The notes under the pieces were generated by a model. It was not told where the DNA came from. It saw only the letters and a program-made list of their open reading frames with translations, and made no database searches. A stretch of DNA of 63,982 nucleotides, the filler included, from Asterionella formosa (taxonomy: Eukaryota), in assembly GCA_002256025.1 (NCBI GenBank). It is 5 parts of 5 records of this genome, joined end to end, with 100 filler letters (N's around TTAATTAATTAA, not from the genome) between each part and the next. Parts side by side here need not be neighbours in the genome. Positions count along the whole stretch, not along the records: positions 12,840 to 25,553 come from NKIB01007244.1; 4 more parts are not named here. One strand, given 5' to 3'. Below, piece by piece: positions 13,768 to 25,553 of this stretch. How positions within the stretch are numbered: the first letter of the stretch is position 1; each line of letters starts with the position of its first letter. A program made the translations under genes and the position numbers.

Positions 13768-14010
13768 CACATTTTTTGGGTTATGAATACAATGATTTGT
13801 GTTATCATCATACACATGATTTTGTATTTTTTTGTTATCAGAGTGCGCCCAATATCTGGGAACTGTTATGTCATATCTGATGAAATCCACATTTTTTGGG
13901 TTATGGATACAATGATTTGTGTTATCATCATACACATGATTTTGTATTTTTTTGTTATCAGAGTGCGCCCAATATTCTGGGATCTGTTATGTCATATCTG
14001 ATGAAATCCA
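13768..14010 (+). repeat. Tandem duplication, two ~120-bp units
   Basis: CACATTTTTTGGGTTATG...TCTGATGAAATC starts at 13768 and again at 13888, nearly identical. Confidence 0.9.
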
Positions 14011-14213
14011 AATCAGCAGAATATATTCGGAAAATCTGCTGAATCGGCGTTATTTATTTAGTTTTCCGGGTTCTTTCATTCATCAGATTTGAAGCGATAA
14101 GTTGCAGTATCTATATACGAGCGCTTGTTTTGTGAATACTCTCCACTATCATGACCATCTTTTGGAGTCGTGGATAAAAATTTCAAGGCGATTCGGAGGC
14201 AATTTAACTTTAA

Positions 14214-15410
14214 GGTTGCGGCCCTCGGCTTAACCCTAGTTTGGAGAAAATGTCGCTAGGGTTTGTAAAATCGGCATGGAACAGGGAGTTTGCTGCTATG
14301 AGTTCCCATGATTCGACTGTCCATTTGAATTTTTGAATTAAATAGGAGTCGGCGCCAGATAGATAGAGTTTCATTTTAAACAAACGAAAATGATATTTAA
14401 ACGTTTATAATATATCTACGTTGCTGAGTGTAGACATAATTTTGTTCCATGCCAAAACACATATATAAATCAGGAGTATGCCTAAATGTGTACTCATGAT
14501 ATCTTTGATCCGTTAACATTGAGTCTTAGTTGCTGTCTGTAGATTAAATATTACTGGTACCTGGTACACCCAAAAGGCATATTGCTTTACACTCAGAGGC
14601 ACATACCGGTATATAAACCAATACCGGAGTAACGGTGTACCAGGATACCTGATACCGGTAGTACATAATCCTGGTTAAGGATGAAACTACCGGCAGTACT
14701 TGTTTTACCTACCAGGTACCGGTACAAAGAGCATCTAATACATGTGGCTCAAGTATGGCAGGCGTAGTTTTACAAGACCGGGATACTCCAGCCGATCTGG
14801 AGCAGGTGAGTAAATTCAATTCAACCAATCAGAATATGTGTAATGACGCGGCAACTTACCCTGGAGTCTTTTCGGACAGAGAATTATTCTTCAAAACATA
14901 CCTACGCAAGACTCTAAGTCTACGAGAACTTTTTTGCACGTACTAGTTCCGATTCCAATATTTTGGCGACTGTTGAAAAAGCTGATTGGGTCGACTTTTT
15001 GGAAGAGGATTGCTCTACATCTACGGGGTTTCATGACGATTAAAATTGATAGCCGTGTACCCTATAACGTCAGGAGTTAACTTCTGGAGAGAAATGGCAG
15101 TAATGTATCATAGATTTTTAGAAAAGCTTCGTAGCCCCCTTTTTGACTATTCTTGCGGTAGTTACGAATCTATGATACATGACTGCCACTTCTCTCCAGA
15201 AATGGGGTCCTTACCATATCTGTATATAGATCTTACCCCTAAGTCGAGCAATGACAGTATCTAAACATATGCAAAGTGGTCGTAACGGTGAAAGCTAATT
15301 TTACCTTCAACTATTTTATTTACTTGTACTTGATGTGTGGATTGACGTACCTCATAAAAATATTTTGGGAAAAAATGGACCTCGCAATTTGTAATTGCGG
15401 GGCCGCAACC
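14214..15410. mobile_element. Candidate non-autonomous element with short TIRs, flanked by TTAA (or TA)
   Basis: TTAA|GGTTGCGGCCC at 14210..14224 and GGGCCGCAACC|TTAA at 15400..15414, a 15-bp perfect inverted match. Non-coding interior. Confidence 0.45.
15082..15201. repeat. 35-bp inverted repeat with 50-nt spacer (hairpin or mini-MITE)
   Basis: 15082..15116 vs the reverse complement of 15167..15201: 33/35 identical. Confidence 0.85.
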
Positions 15411-15414
15411 TTAA

Positions 15415-18400
15415 TTAAATGTTTTCTAAGCTAAGAAAATCACCATCCTGACCCCTGGCATAGGGGTGGTTTCTCCCTTTTCCAGAACATATAATGCCAT
15501 GATCAGTTACTGCGTGTATTCCTCGTCCAAGTTCATTTGTAGATAGGGCGAAGACAATGGCAGGAATTCCATGTGGGTTACTTACATCTCTGTAGTCCAT
15601 TTTAAGTGTAACTATAGACCCAATAGTTGCCTTTTGCCTTGACTGTATATGTCTGCCTTTCATGTATTTGATTTGATCCTTCTGTTGTTGTGCTCTAACA
15701 TACTGTGCATGTTTTTGTCTTGCATTTTTCTTTGATTTCATGGGAGTTTCTTTAACTGCTCTTTCCATAGCATGTCTTGCACATCTGTTCATTCCCACAA
15801 CGTAATTTTCTTGCTACCATTTCATTTAGCATCAGTTCAGCATCAAAATCCACTTGCTGTGTAATTGAAACAGTATCATGTAGGTCACTCTGTAAGATCA
15901 TTTCAGTATTGAATTGATTAACCATTTCCTTGAACCTTGTTACAACAAAGGGGCGATGGTTGTGTGGAGAAATAGCTGATATCTTTACAATTTCTGGTTC
16001 AAAAATCGAAACCAGGACAAGGCAAGCAATCGGGCCACAATTGTACCCATCTTTTTGATGTACAATGATTGACTTTGAAATGATCCAGCTATCCTCATCA
16101 GTAACCAGCTCAAGTTCTGTTTTACCATTGGAATGGAAAGTTGGCAAAGAGTTCCTTCCAATTAGCTTCGTCCGTTTCAGCACATTGGTGATATGGTGGA
16201 ACCAGTTGTTAAGACCTAGTAGATTGAGGCCATCTGAAATTGTTATGACATTGGTGTCAAGGTTGCTCTCCATCACTGCAAAGTGATCATTGCCATGAAG
16301 ACACTTACAACCCTCTTTACATTGACCTTCAATTTCTTGCACATTTTCGATTCTACTTTTTCCAACGGTAACAGACAATGAACAAATTGAATGGAACCAA
16401 CATGGTTCTTGTGATCAATCAGTGCTGCAAAACTTGATATAAAATCAGTTTCATACCAGGCATTGGTATTCTCACATTTAGAGTAGTATGCTTCATTGCA
16501 AACTGTGATTAAATGGTATCCTGAAAAGCAACATGAAATGCAATTGAGTGTGGGATATAAGCTTTTGAACCTTTGTCCTCCCCAAATATGAATTGACACT
16601 TCACCAAATTCCAATGCTTCTTGAACTGATAAGGCATTTCTTCTTCTTATTGTCATTTTTCTTTTCTTGTTTGTGGAGGAACTGCAATGATTTCATAACT
16701 TGCTTATACAATCCCCATCCGGCTTTTTTCTTCTGTGTTGCAATTGGCAGAAGATTGCAGCATGTTGTCTATGCCACNNNNNNNNNNNNNNNNNNNNNNN
16801 NNNNNNNNNNNNNNNNNNNNNNNNNNNNNNNNNNNNNNNNNNNNNNNNNNNNNNNNNNNNNNNNNNNNNNNNNNNNNNNNNNNNNNNNNNNNNNNNNNNN
16901 NNNNNNNNNNNNNNNNNNNNNNNNNNNNNNATGCCACAATCTAGCTTTAGCTGTTGAAACAAGTGGTTCTTCCTCAGATTTTCGTTGTGATGCAGAATTT
17001 CATCTTTACTGTGGCAGTAGACGTGGAAAGACTGCTCTTTGCTTTCTCTCGGGTTTTTCATCATCGCTGCTGCTGATATTATAGTCACTGGTTTCCTCAT
17101 AATGATTTGTTGATTGAGCTTGAACACTGTTGCTAACATCAGGTCCTTCCAAAATTTCAGCAAAACGTTGTGAAATGTCACAGCCACTGAAAGTGGTGTC
17201 ACAGACATTGCCAATCTGTGACAATATCAACTCCATGGAGACAGAGTCATTGGTGTAACTGGGATTAAGGGTCAGAGAATACATGGATTCCACAACAGCA
17301 CTACTGCTAGCTGCCACATCCATGCGCTCTTGGATAGTTGTGCATCCATGGATGATGTCTCTGGTATCTGGCATAATGGGATCAAAATCAATCCTGAAAA
17401 CAGTTTCATATGCAGAAACATCATTTTTGGCCCAACCACGACATTGTCGATTCAGATTTGAATTAACTTCTCCAAGGTATTTGGTCTCTTTTGAACTTCA
17501 CTTGCAAGTACACTGTTCATTACACGTTTCACAAGTCTGTTGATGATTTCGACTGAACCCTGATCACTGGGCTTTGGGGGTCTACCAGTGACTGTCAGTA
17601 TTGTTTGATTCCAACTTTTCAACATACCCACAACTTGTTCAGCTGTGAACTCAGAACCATTATCTATGTGAAAGATATGAGGATATCCAATCAATCCAAA
17701 GAGAGAGTTTAATTCAAAGCAGACATACTTTGCATTTTCGTTAGGAATAGATCTTAAATAGCATAAGCCAGTGAAGTGATCCTTCACAACCATGATCCAT
17801 CGCATTACCTGACCATAAACATTGCGTCGTTCATTGGTACAATAATCAATGAAGTCAATTGCTTTGCATGATGCGATCACGAAATTCACCAGGATGTATA
17901 GGACATCGGGCTCCCTTAGATTTCGGAATTTTAGGATGCACATGAATACACACAGGACACACACCGATAAATGCATTCACATGTTGTATTGTGATATTGT
18001 AAACATGACGATTAACCTCTCTCCATGTAACAGATGATTTCAAGTGACCAAGACTATAGTGAGCATCATATATGGCATCAAACATTTCCTTGCGTCAAAG
18101 AAGCTTTCTCCCCACATTATCTCCTTCTTTCACACTGACTCTCTTGAAAACATAGATGCTTTTTATTAGATTGCCTTCCACATCTTTCTTTGATCTCACT
18201 ATATACTTTTTTACAAGTGAATAACCAATGCGATGCTGTTGCCATATCTCTGGATTATCCCAGTTTTCAGTAATATACACAACTTCATTGTATTTCTCAT
18301 TGGTCATGTGACATGATCTAGTTTTTCCTGTTCCTGTTGTGTTATGTTATACGCAATTTCATTGTATTTCTCATCAGTCATGTCAAATGACCCTGATTTT

Positions 18401-19204
18401 CCTGTTCCTGATGTGTTCTTTCCCTTTGTTCTTGCTGTAATTCTTGCAGTCTTTTTCTTTGTTCTTGATTTAGCATTTTCGATTCCCTTTGCAGCCCATG
18501 TTGCAGTCGTTGTGCGTTCCGGCTTCCGCTTTTGGAGTTTTTTCTGCTACTGTTGCCTTTTCATTCCTTGTTGCAGCCGTTGCTCCAGTTTCCGCATCGA
18601 CTTGAGTTGTACCTGTGCCTGCCTTTTCATTCCTTGTTGCTCCAGTTGTTCCGGTTTCCGCATGATTGACTGGAGTTGTACCTGTGCACGCCTTTTCATT
18701 CTTTGTTGCTGTCGCTGTTCCGGTTTCCGCATTGACTGGAGGCATTGACTGGAGATGTACCATGTATGCCTTCTTTTCATTTCCCGCCTTTTCATTCTTT
18801 GTTGCTGTCGTTGTTCCGGTTTTGGCATCGACTGGAGATGTACCTATGTACGCCTTTTCATTCCTTGTTGCTCCAGATGTTCCGGTTTCCACATGATCAA
18901 CTGGAGTTGTACCTGTGCACGCATTTTCATTCTTTGTTGCTATTGTTGCTCCGGTTTCCGCATTGACTGGAGTTGTGCCTTATCCCGCATTTTCATTGAA
19001 AAAACCAAAAGCTACAGCATTGAAATGTGTGCGAAAGGATTCTCTCATTCCCTGTGCATCACCAATACTGACAGTGGGATTGCCATGATCATTGGATGAA
19101 GATGTAGAAACGGATGAGAATTCACTCACCACATACTCTTCATCACTACTGTCTTCATTGTGATTCTTCTTCTTGTTCTTTGAAGACTTCTTTGAAGAAT
19201 TCAT
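15415..19204 (-). mobile_element. Degraded Ginger-like (KRBA2/SCAND3-type) integrase DNA transposon carrying a Ulp1-like cysteine protease
   Basis: Fragmented ORFs in order: acidic N-terminus, 20-aa repeats, H2C2 zinc motif (DAHYSLGH...CPVC), rve core (DHFT...IFHIDNGSEF...GRPPKPSDQGSVEIIN), Ulp1 motifs (NDHFAV...D...QKDGYNCGP), then a C-terminal GSIVTLKMDYRD module. No RT or gag seen. Multiple frameshifts. Confidence 0.7.
18555..18995 (-). repeat. Coding minisatellite of ~60-63-nt units (ETGT..A(T)RNEKA.TGTTPVDA) within the Ginger-like element
   Basis: About 7 imperfect copies of CCTTTTCATTC(C/T)TTGTTGC...CCGGTTTCCGCAT.GACTGGAG on the + strand. Confidence 0.85.
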
Positions 19205-19823
19205 CTCAAATCAGAGGAGCTTTTCCGGTATTCATGTACAAGATGAAGGGCTGTGAGCAATTAATAGATTTAGTTGTGCATTGACTTCTATTGAAGATTC
19301 ACTGCAAGTAGGGGTAGGTACACGTGGCTACAGGTAACCATTTGACAGGAGGGATTGCTATCACTCGCTCGTCCTGCTGCTATCTAAATAAATCTAAGTT
19401 TTGATAGAGAAAAGAGGTTTTGGGTTAAATAAAAATTACCCAAAAATTAGATAGGAGGAATCATGAGGACTGCGTCAGAAATATATTTACTTAAAGCTAA
19501 TTTATTTTAAAGAACCAAATTACTCACTAGATTTTGAGTGCTCATATCATTTCAGCTGAATAAAAAAATTCAGCTGAAATGACGTAACAGATCATTGTCA
19601 AAATCTTTGGACAGACGAAGATTATTTATCTTCGTGTTTGACCGAATTTGCGAGTAATTTAGCCGAGTAAGGAAGGGAAATCCGAAGATTCTACGCCAGG
19701 TCTACCGATATTTCTGGTCTCCTACATCCAAAAAAGGAGGAGATACAAATTAGGAAGTAACAGTAAAAATGATTTAACAGATTATGGCAGTCCTATCATC
19801 TCACCCCTTCCAAGTAATCGCTG

Positions 19824-20966
19824 ATGTTTCGCCTCGACACGAGAGTAGAAGCCCCATCCTTAATTAAGGATAGCGATGACACATTTGTTGACCACAGAAT
19901 TGAAGGGCAGCTGTACCTTGATTACGAATGCAATTCCTTGGTGCCATTACGAACGGTCTTTGAAATTGAGAAGCACCAAAACCAAAAAACTCTGCATGGA
20001 AGTAAAATTTCTTTTGTGAGTGTTTCCCTTCTGGCTGTCGGCTTCTTCTGCATATACTTTTTCGTTCCTCGCTCCTTCACACCAGAACTCGATCTTTCTT
20101 ACTCAAAATACATTCCAGTGGCTTGTGCAAAATCTCTTGATGTGGATTTCAATTCTCTATACATGAATGTGCAAAAATCTCACAACTTTTGTGGTTCTGA
20201 AACTAAAGGAAAAAACTGCCAATGCCTGTCGCCCCTGATACCTCAAGCTAGGGTACCAAATTTTCCACAGTACTGGGAGCGATGGGATGCTACTTTTGCC
20301 AGAAATCAGGGGCTTGCTACCAATAGTTCTAATCCAGATGTTGTCATGATAGGAGATTCGATCACGGAACACTGGCTTGGGACAGATCTTGGTGAGCAAA
20401 ATCCTAACGATATGCAAGTTAAAAAAATCTTTGACAAGCTGTTTGTTAATGGCGATGTTCATGGTCTAGCGTTGGGGTTGGCAGGAGATCGGTGTCCTCA
20501 GCTACTCTATAGATTAAAATGGGGTGAAATGCCAGATTCTTTGCAGCCCAAGATATGGTGGCTCTTGATTGGAACAAATGACTTGGCAGATAATTGTTCC
20601 AAAGAAACCATTTTGGTTGGGACTATTGGAATTGTTATGGAGATAAGAAAAAAACGACCAGATTCTACTATCGTTGTGAATGGCATTTTGCCTCGTCCGG
20701 ATAACGCAATGGGAGTATTAGGTACCAGGGAACATTCATTTTGGAAGATAATATCTTGGATCAATGATCGAATAAGTTGCTTCACGGATGGGATGGACCG
20801 AGTGGTGTTTTTCAATGCGAGCGACATCTTTATAACTACTGAGGGCAATATTGATTTGACCTTAATGCCAGACTGCCTTCATCCCAATGGCAAAGGGGGC
20901 GATAAATGGGGGACGGCTATGGTGGAAAAGATCAAAGAGATTCTTGCTAAGGAGACAAACAAATGA
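19824..20966 (+). CDS. SGNH/GDSL hydrolase (PAF-acetylhydrolase IB-like) with an N-terminal membrane anchor
   Basis: Blocks GDSITE, GLAGD, LLIGTND and DCLHPN. Hydrophobic segment ISFVSVSLLAVGFFCIYFFV. Confidence 0.85.
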   Translation: MFRLDTRVEAPSLIKDSDDTFVDHRIEGQLYLDYECNSLVPLRTVFEIEKHQNQKTLHGSKISFVSVSLLAVGFFCIYFFVPRSFTPELDLSYSKYIPVACAKSLDVDFNSLYMNVQKSHNFCGSETKGKNCQCLSPLIPQARVPNFPQYWERWDATFARNQGLATNSSNPDVVMIGDSITEHWLGTDLGEQNPNDMQVKKIFDKLFVNGDVHGLALGLAGDRCPQLLYRLKWGEMPDSLQPKIWWLLIGTNDLADNCSKETILVGTIGIVMEIRKKRPDSTIVVNGILPRPDNAMGVLGTREHSFWKIISWINDRISCFTDGMDRVVFFNASDIFITTEGNIDLTLMPDCLHPNGKGGDKWGTAMVEKIKEILAKETNK

Positions 20967-21200
20967 TGATCTTACGATTAACTTCACCTTTGCTATGCAT
21001 TTTATGTCCGATTCTAATCCTGCCTGTACTGGTTATCCATAAGCGTCAGCAAGGTCGACCTAGTCTCCATTGATGATGCAATTGCCTCGACATGCCTGTA
21101 TGTCAAAGAACTAAAGTTACTATTCTAAGATGACTGATATTCACCTCACTCAAGAAATATGATATAGCTAGAATGTCAACTGAATAAATAAGGTGCGTAT

Positions 21201-22572
21201 TTAGTAGACTTCGACGTGCCACTGCTTCTTCTCCTTCAATCCTTTGAGCCACTCATCATAGTCAAGTCCCTTCGCAGCAGCAACATCTTTGAGCATATCC
21301 TGAATTCCAGGCATCATTCCCTTAAGCCCGCAGAAGTAGATGTGGGCACCATTACTGAGCTTGGTGAAGACCTCATCGGCATATTCCTCAACCTTGTCCT
21401 GGATGTACATCTTTCCACCCTTCTTGTTTTCCTGTTCACGGGAGAGAGCATAGTCAAGGCGGAAGTTTTCAGGGTACTTCTTAAGAACATCTTGCCACTC
21501 GTCATCATAAAGAAGGGCATCGGAGTTGGCAACACCAAGGAAGAGCCAGGCTTGCCCCTTGTATGCCTTGGCGGCAGGGGTATCTTCAACGAAAAGGCGA
21601 CGAACAAAACCACGGTAAGGAGCAATTCCCGTTCCGGTGGCAACCATGATATAGTCAGTGGTAGGGTCTTCTTCAGGCAAAAGCATGACCTTGCCAGCGG
21701 GACCGGTCATCTGAACAGCATCACCGGGCTGAGTGTCGCACAAAAAGTTGGAGCAGACTCCTTTCTTGGCAGGATCATCGGCCTTCATCTCCTCGTCCCA
21801 GTAAGTGGCACGACGGACACACAGAGATCCAGTCTTTCCAGTCATGTCATCGCCGTAACGGGATGAGGCGATTGAGTAAAGACGGACAGAATGAGGCTTT
21901 CCGTCCTTTTCACGGACACCTGGTGGGATAACACCCCAAGATTGTCCTTCCCAGTATGGGAAATCTCCCTTGTGATCAATGATGATGTGGCTAGTCTCAC
22001 CTGTGGCTTTTGGGCCAACAATTTTCTTCGTTGAAACAACATGTCCGGTGAAAGGGGCCTTGTTCTTGAAAATGTTGACAGGGACGGTGGATTGATCATA
22101 GTATGGCTCAGCCTCGAGAAAGTCTTGAGCGGCAATCAGAGTGCTACATTGGACGAAAGAGGAGCAAGTTCAGTAAGAAAAATTCAAACAGTGGCATTGA
22201 AGGCTGTCATCATTAGATCGTATGAGAGAACGTTTTCCGGAATGACCGGGCAAGGCTTTGAGTCCGCTTCCGAAACAACCGAGTGAGATAACATCTGAAT
22301 GATGGACTCGTTGCCAAACACGCGTTCCCGACATGCAGGAGCTGTTGACTTGAAATACACCGTGAAAGGCTTAAACATTGATGCTGGGTTGAGGAAACAT
22401 GAAATACGATTGCGGGGTTCTCGGAGCCTTCCTGTTTGCCGCTTTTTGTAAATTCACCTCAACCAACTAGCCGTAGATTGAAACTCTTGACTTACCTGAA
22501 AGCAGGCTTGGCCGAAGGGGCAAAGGCCGTAACAGAGGCCACAACGGTTGCGAAGCAGAAAGCAGTCTTCAT
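21201..22572 (-). CDS. petH: Plastid ferredoxin-NADP+ reductase; 2 exons (22572..22496, 22143..21201)
   Basis: Spliced N-terminus [19 protein letters not shown] (ASAFAP-like). Motifs [35 protein letters not shown] and terminal WHVEVY. GTAAGT...TAG intron at 22144..22495. Confidence 0.95.
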
Positions 22573-23759
22573 GATCACTACAATCGATTATGTTTGTCGC
22601 CGTTGCAAGAGCAAACCAAACGCAGCAACAATAAATACAAACGTAAGCGTATCCTCCGCCATGAAATCTTTGGGTGCCACCGACGTGAAGAAGAACACGT
22701 ACTTGTGTACGCTTGTCTGTACAAATTGAATAAAACGCACGATGGTGGTTGGCTGGCTGGCGAGAATGCTGACGTCTGTAATCCCCAGCTAGGTACCAGT
22801 ATATTGTTGCAAATGACGGTTGCGTTTGGACTATGAAGGGTACCAGGTACCAGGTAGTACCGGTTCGCACATAACGGTATATGTGGATGCTATTTATGTA
22901 CATAGTCTACCATGTTTATAGGCATTTTTGTAGTGCACAACAATAACTGGCCCTGCTAGAACTTTTTCGAACCCAGATTACTGTTTGATGACATTCCTTA
23001 TTACCAGCAAGTTGGAGTAAACTTGTTTCTTGCCAAAATGACGATATGGACATAGCAGATATTCACGCCTGCTGATCCAATGCTTAGAAAATATTCTGCA
23101 GGCTCAGACAATGATTATCTTTCATTTGTGGCAAGACGTTTAGAATACTGCCCATTATGCTGGGATGCGATTTGGCAGGCACTAATTTAGATTCGCTCTC
23201 GTCATTTTTCATTGGGTATCATTTCAATTGAAATTTTTTGAAAATGTATCAGCAATGGTAACTTGATTCGAACTGAATTTCCTCTATTCTCCACATAATG
23301 TTGTGCATATCACTAATTTGTATCAGAGTGTTTCATCATGGTGTAGCACAGATTTTCAATGGCAGCCAACAGGCCAGCAACTGTCATGTGTATAGTATCC
23401 CTCAACAAAATATTGATGGTCAAGCAGCCAAATATTATTAATAGACAACAAAAAATAAAAAGCCCATCACAAACCACCATAGCATCAATCATGTCATCGC
23501 CTCCTCTGGCTGGAGTTACTTGATGACAGTGATAATTTTGATGTTGGAACAGATGGTGACACCAGCGTTCTGGATTTACTCTTCCACTGTCATCTAGCTG
23601 AAGGAGCGAGCTGAACAAGAAGACTCATCCAAAAGATGAAGACAAAGGCGCAAATAGCATGACCACGAAAATGACTTATCCGAAAGACAACAACAAAAGC
23701 GCAAATGGCACCATGAAAGAATCTCCTGGCAATCACATACCGAAAAGCTCAATCACTAG

Positions 23760-24790
23760 AATGCTTTCGAAAAAAATGCAGAATATCACACAGAGCATTT
23801 AAAAAGCTGACATCCACACTGGAAATTCAGATTTCAGGTAATGAGCCCTTAATTCCCGAAATTGTGGTATTCATTGATTTGCAATGGGTGGCTGGTGGCA
23901 GTTACATTGACGTTCGACACACCCATGCTTCCAGTTTTACCATTGCTTCAATTTATCGATGCCCTGATCTTTTCATTGATGCTTTGGTACTCAATTGTGA
24001 AGGGTTAAAGATTATATTTCCAGAGGAAAAAGAAGATTTTTTTGATTGGCCTTTGACTTTTAGTGTAAAAGCTCCAAAGGCTTAATAAGAAAATTTGTTG
24101 GTGATATTGACGGCTTCCTTGCCACAACCAACTACCCAACTGTAGTTGAAATTGACCACCATCCCGGTCCCTTTTTCAGGTCACTACATGACTTATGGAA
24201 TCAATGTCCAGGCTTTTTGTGACGCTGACTCACGATTTAACTATTTTGGTGTGATTGCACCAGATAGATTTAGTGACCAAGTAGCTTGAACAAACTTCCA
24301 TCTTCGATCAAGTTGCTGCATTCGATACAGGTTTCTCGCTGTTCAGCGAAGCAGTATACACAAAGACTGATGTAGTCCTCGTTCCCTTTGTTGGTTCATA
24401 ACATGATGATCCAACACAGGATGCAAATAAATTTATTTATTTCACAAAGCCGAGGATAAGAATAGAAATGCCATTTGGTATACTTCAGAAAAAATGGTGG
24501 CTGGCTGTGTCTTGAAAAAGAGCCTATTAACAAGCTTGGAAACATCTGCACAAGCTCTTGAATCATGTGCTCGACTTCACAATTATGTTACTAATGAGAA
24601 GAAAATTAATAACGAGATTTAGGATGATAATCGAATTCTTGCTGAAATAATCCCAGTTGCCTCATCACCCCTTGGTTGGGGCTACTTACCAACTGTGGAA
24701 CCATTGTGTAGCTAAATTTCCTGGAAACTCGTCTGTTATGAGAGATGTTATTCTTACCAGACAGCGAATCTTGGGCTAGCAATGACCTCC
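23760..24790 (+). pseudogene. Degraded PIF/Harbinger (DDE_Tnp_4) transposase
   Basis: Fragments LQWVAGGSYIDVR, GDIDG, FFSGHY..YGINVQAFCD..SRF.YF, RIRIEMPFGIL..KW, CARLHNYV and SPLGWGYLPTVEP, with many stops and frameshifts. Confidence 0.8.
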
Positions 24791-25370
24791 TGTCAATATA
24801 GCGAGGAGAAAAGAGATAAATGAAATTAATTTAGCTAATATAGACTTATAATAAATAATTTAATCATTACTAATCATTACCTGGTGGATTTAGATAAGAA
24901 TCTGCCTGGCTGATGTTTCACCTTCTGGTGAGAGCAGATGAACATAGTAATGATCCCTCTTTCTATTGAATATCTTAATTTCTAGACAATGCCGCCCATC
25001 ATGGAGAATCCTGAAGGTAGTACTACATTATGGAGTAAAATGCATGTGAATTTTGTCACTTCATTTTTCCTATTCGAACCTTCATGAGCGTGAACATCCT
25101 GAAAACCAAATCAAAATTCAAGCGACGGGAAGAACTTTGTTCTTGAATCCCCAAGAAGGTTGTTCATATGCTGCGAAAACTTATACTAAAGTGATACATT
25201 TCAAAAAAGAAATTGATGAGTTAAATCCCTGGCGTTTTGGGATTTCCAAACAATACAAATCTCATTCAACTCATTGCACATGAACTCCATCCAAGAACTA
25301 ATGTGAGTGTTATTGTGGATGTTGATCATGACAATCCGGAATAGAATTGTGGTGGAGTCACTTATTAAAA

Positions 25371-25553
25371 ATTTGAAATTAAATTTTATAGTACATTAAA
25401 GTTATCCAATAAACGCACTAGTGCCCACATGTTCAATGGAAACAATTAATACCGGTTTCGTTCGTCTGTACAGTACAACGGGACCTGACTTTTCTTCAGC
25501 CACACACCCCGGAACCCTAGCGACTACATGAAAAAGATAGGTGGAGAATGCAG
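25371..25553 (-). mobile_element. Second copy of the tRNA-derived SINE (head lost in the N gap)
   Basis: Its reverse complement aligns with 48711..48905 (CTGCATTCTCCACC...GGTCCCGTTGTAC...GGGCAC.AGTGCG...GTACTATAA). Confidence 0.85.

Noticed and set aside
18555..18995. CRISPR-like array
   Set aside because: Tandem coding minisatellite without unique spacers, in a eukaryotic context with no cas genes.
21216..21866. Antisense ORFs over petH, and similarly over NNT, SEC10 and the LOX-like gene
   Set aside because: Shadow ORFs caused by the codon bias of real genes on the other strand.
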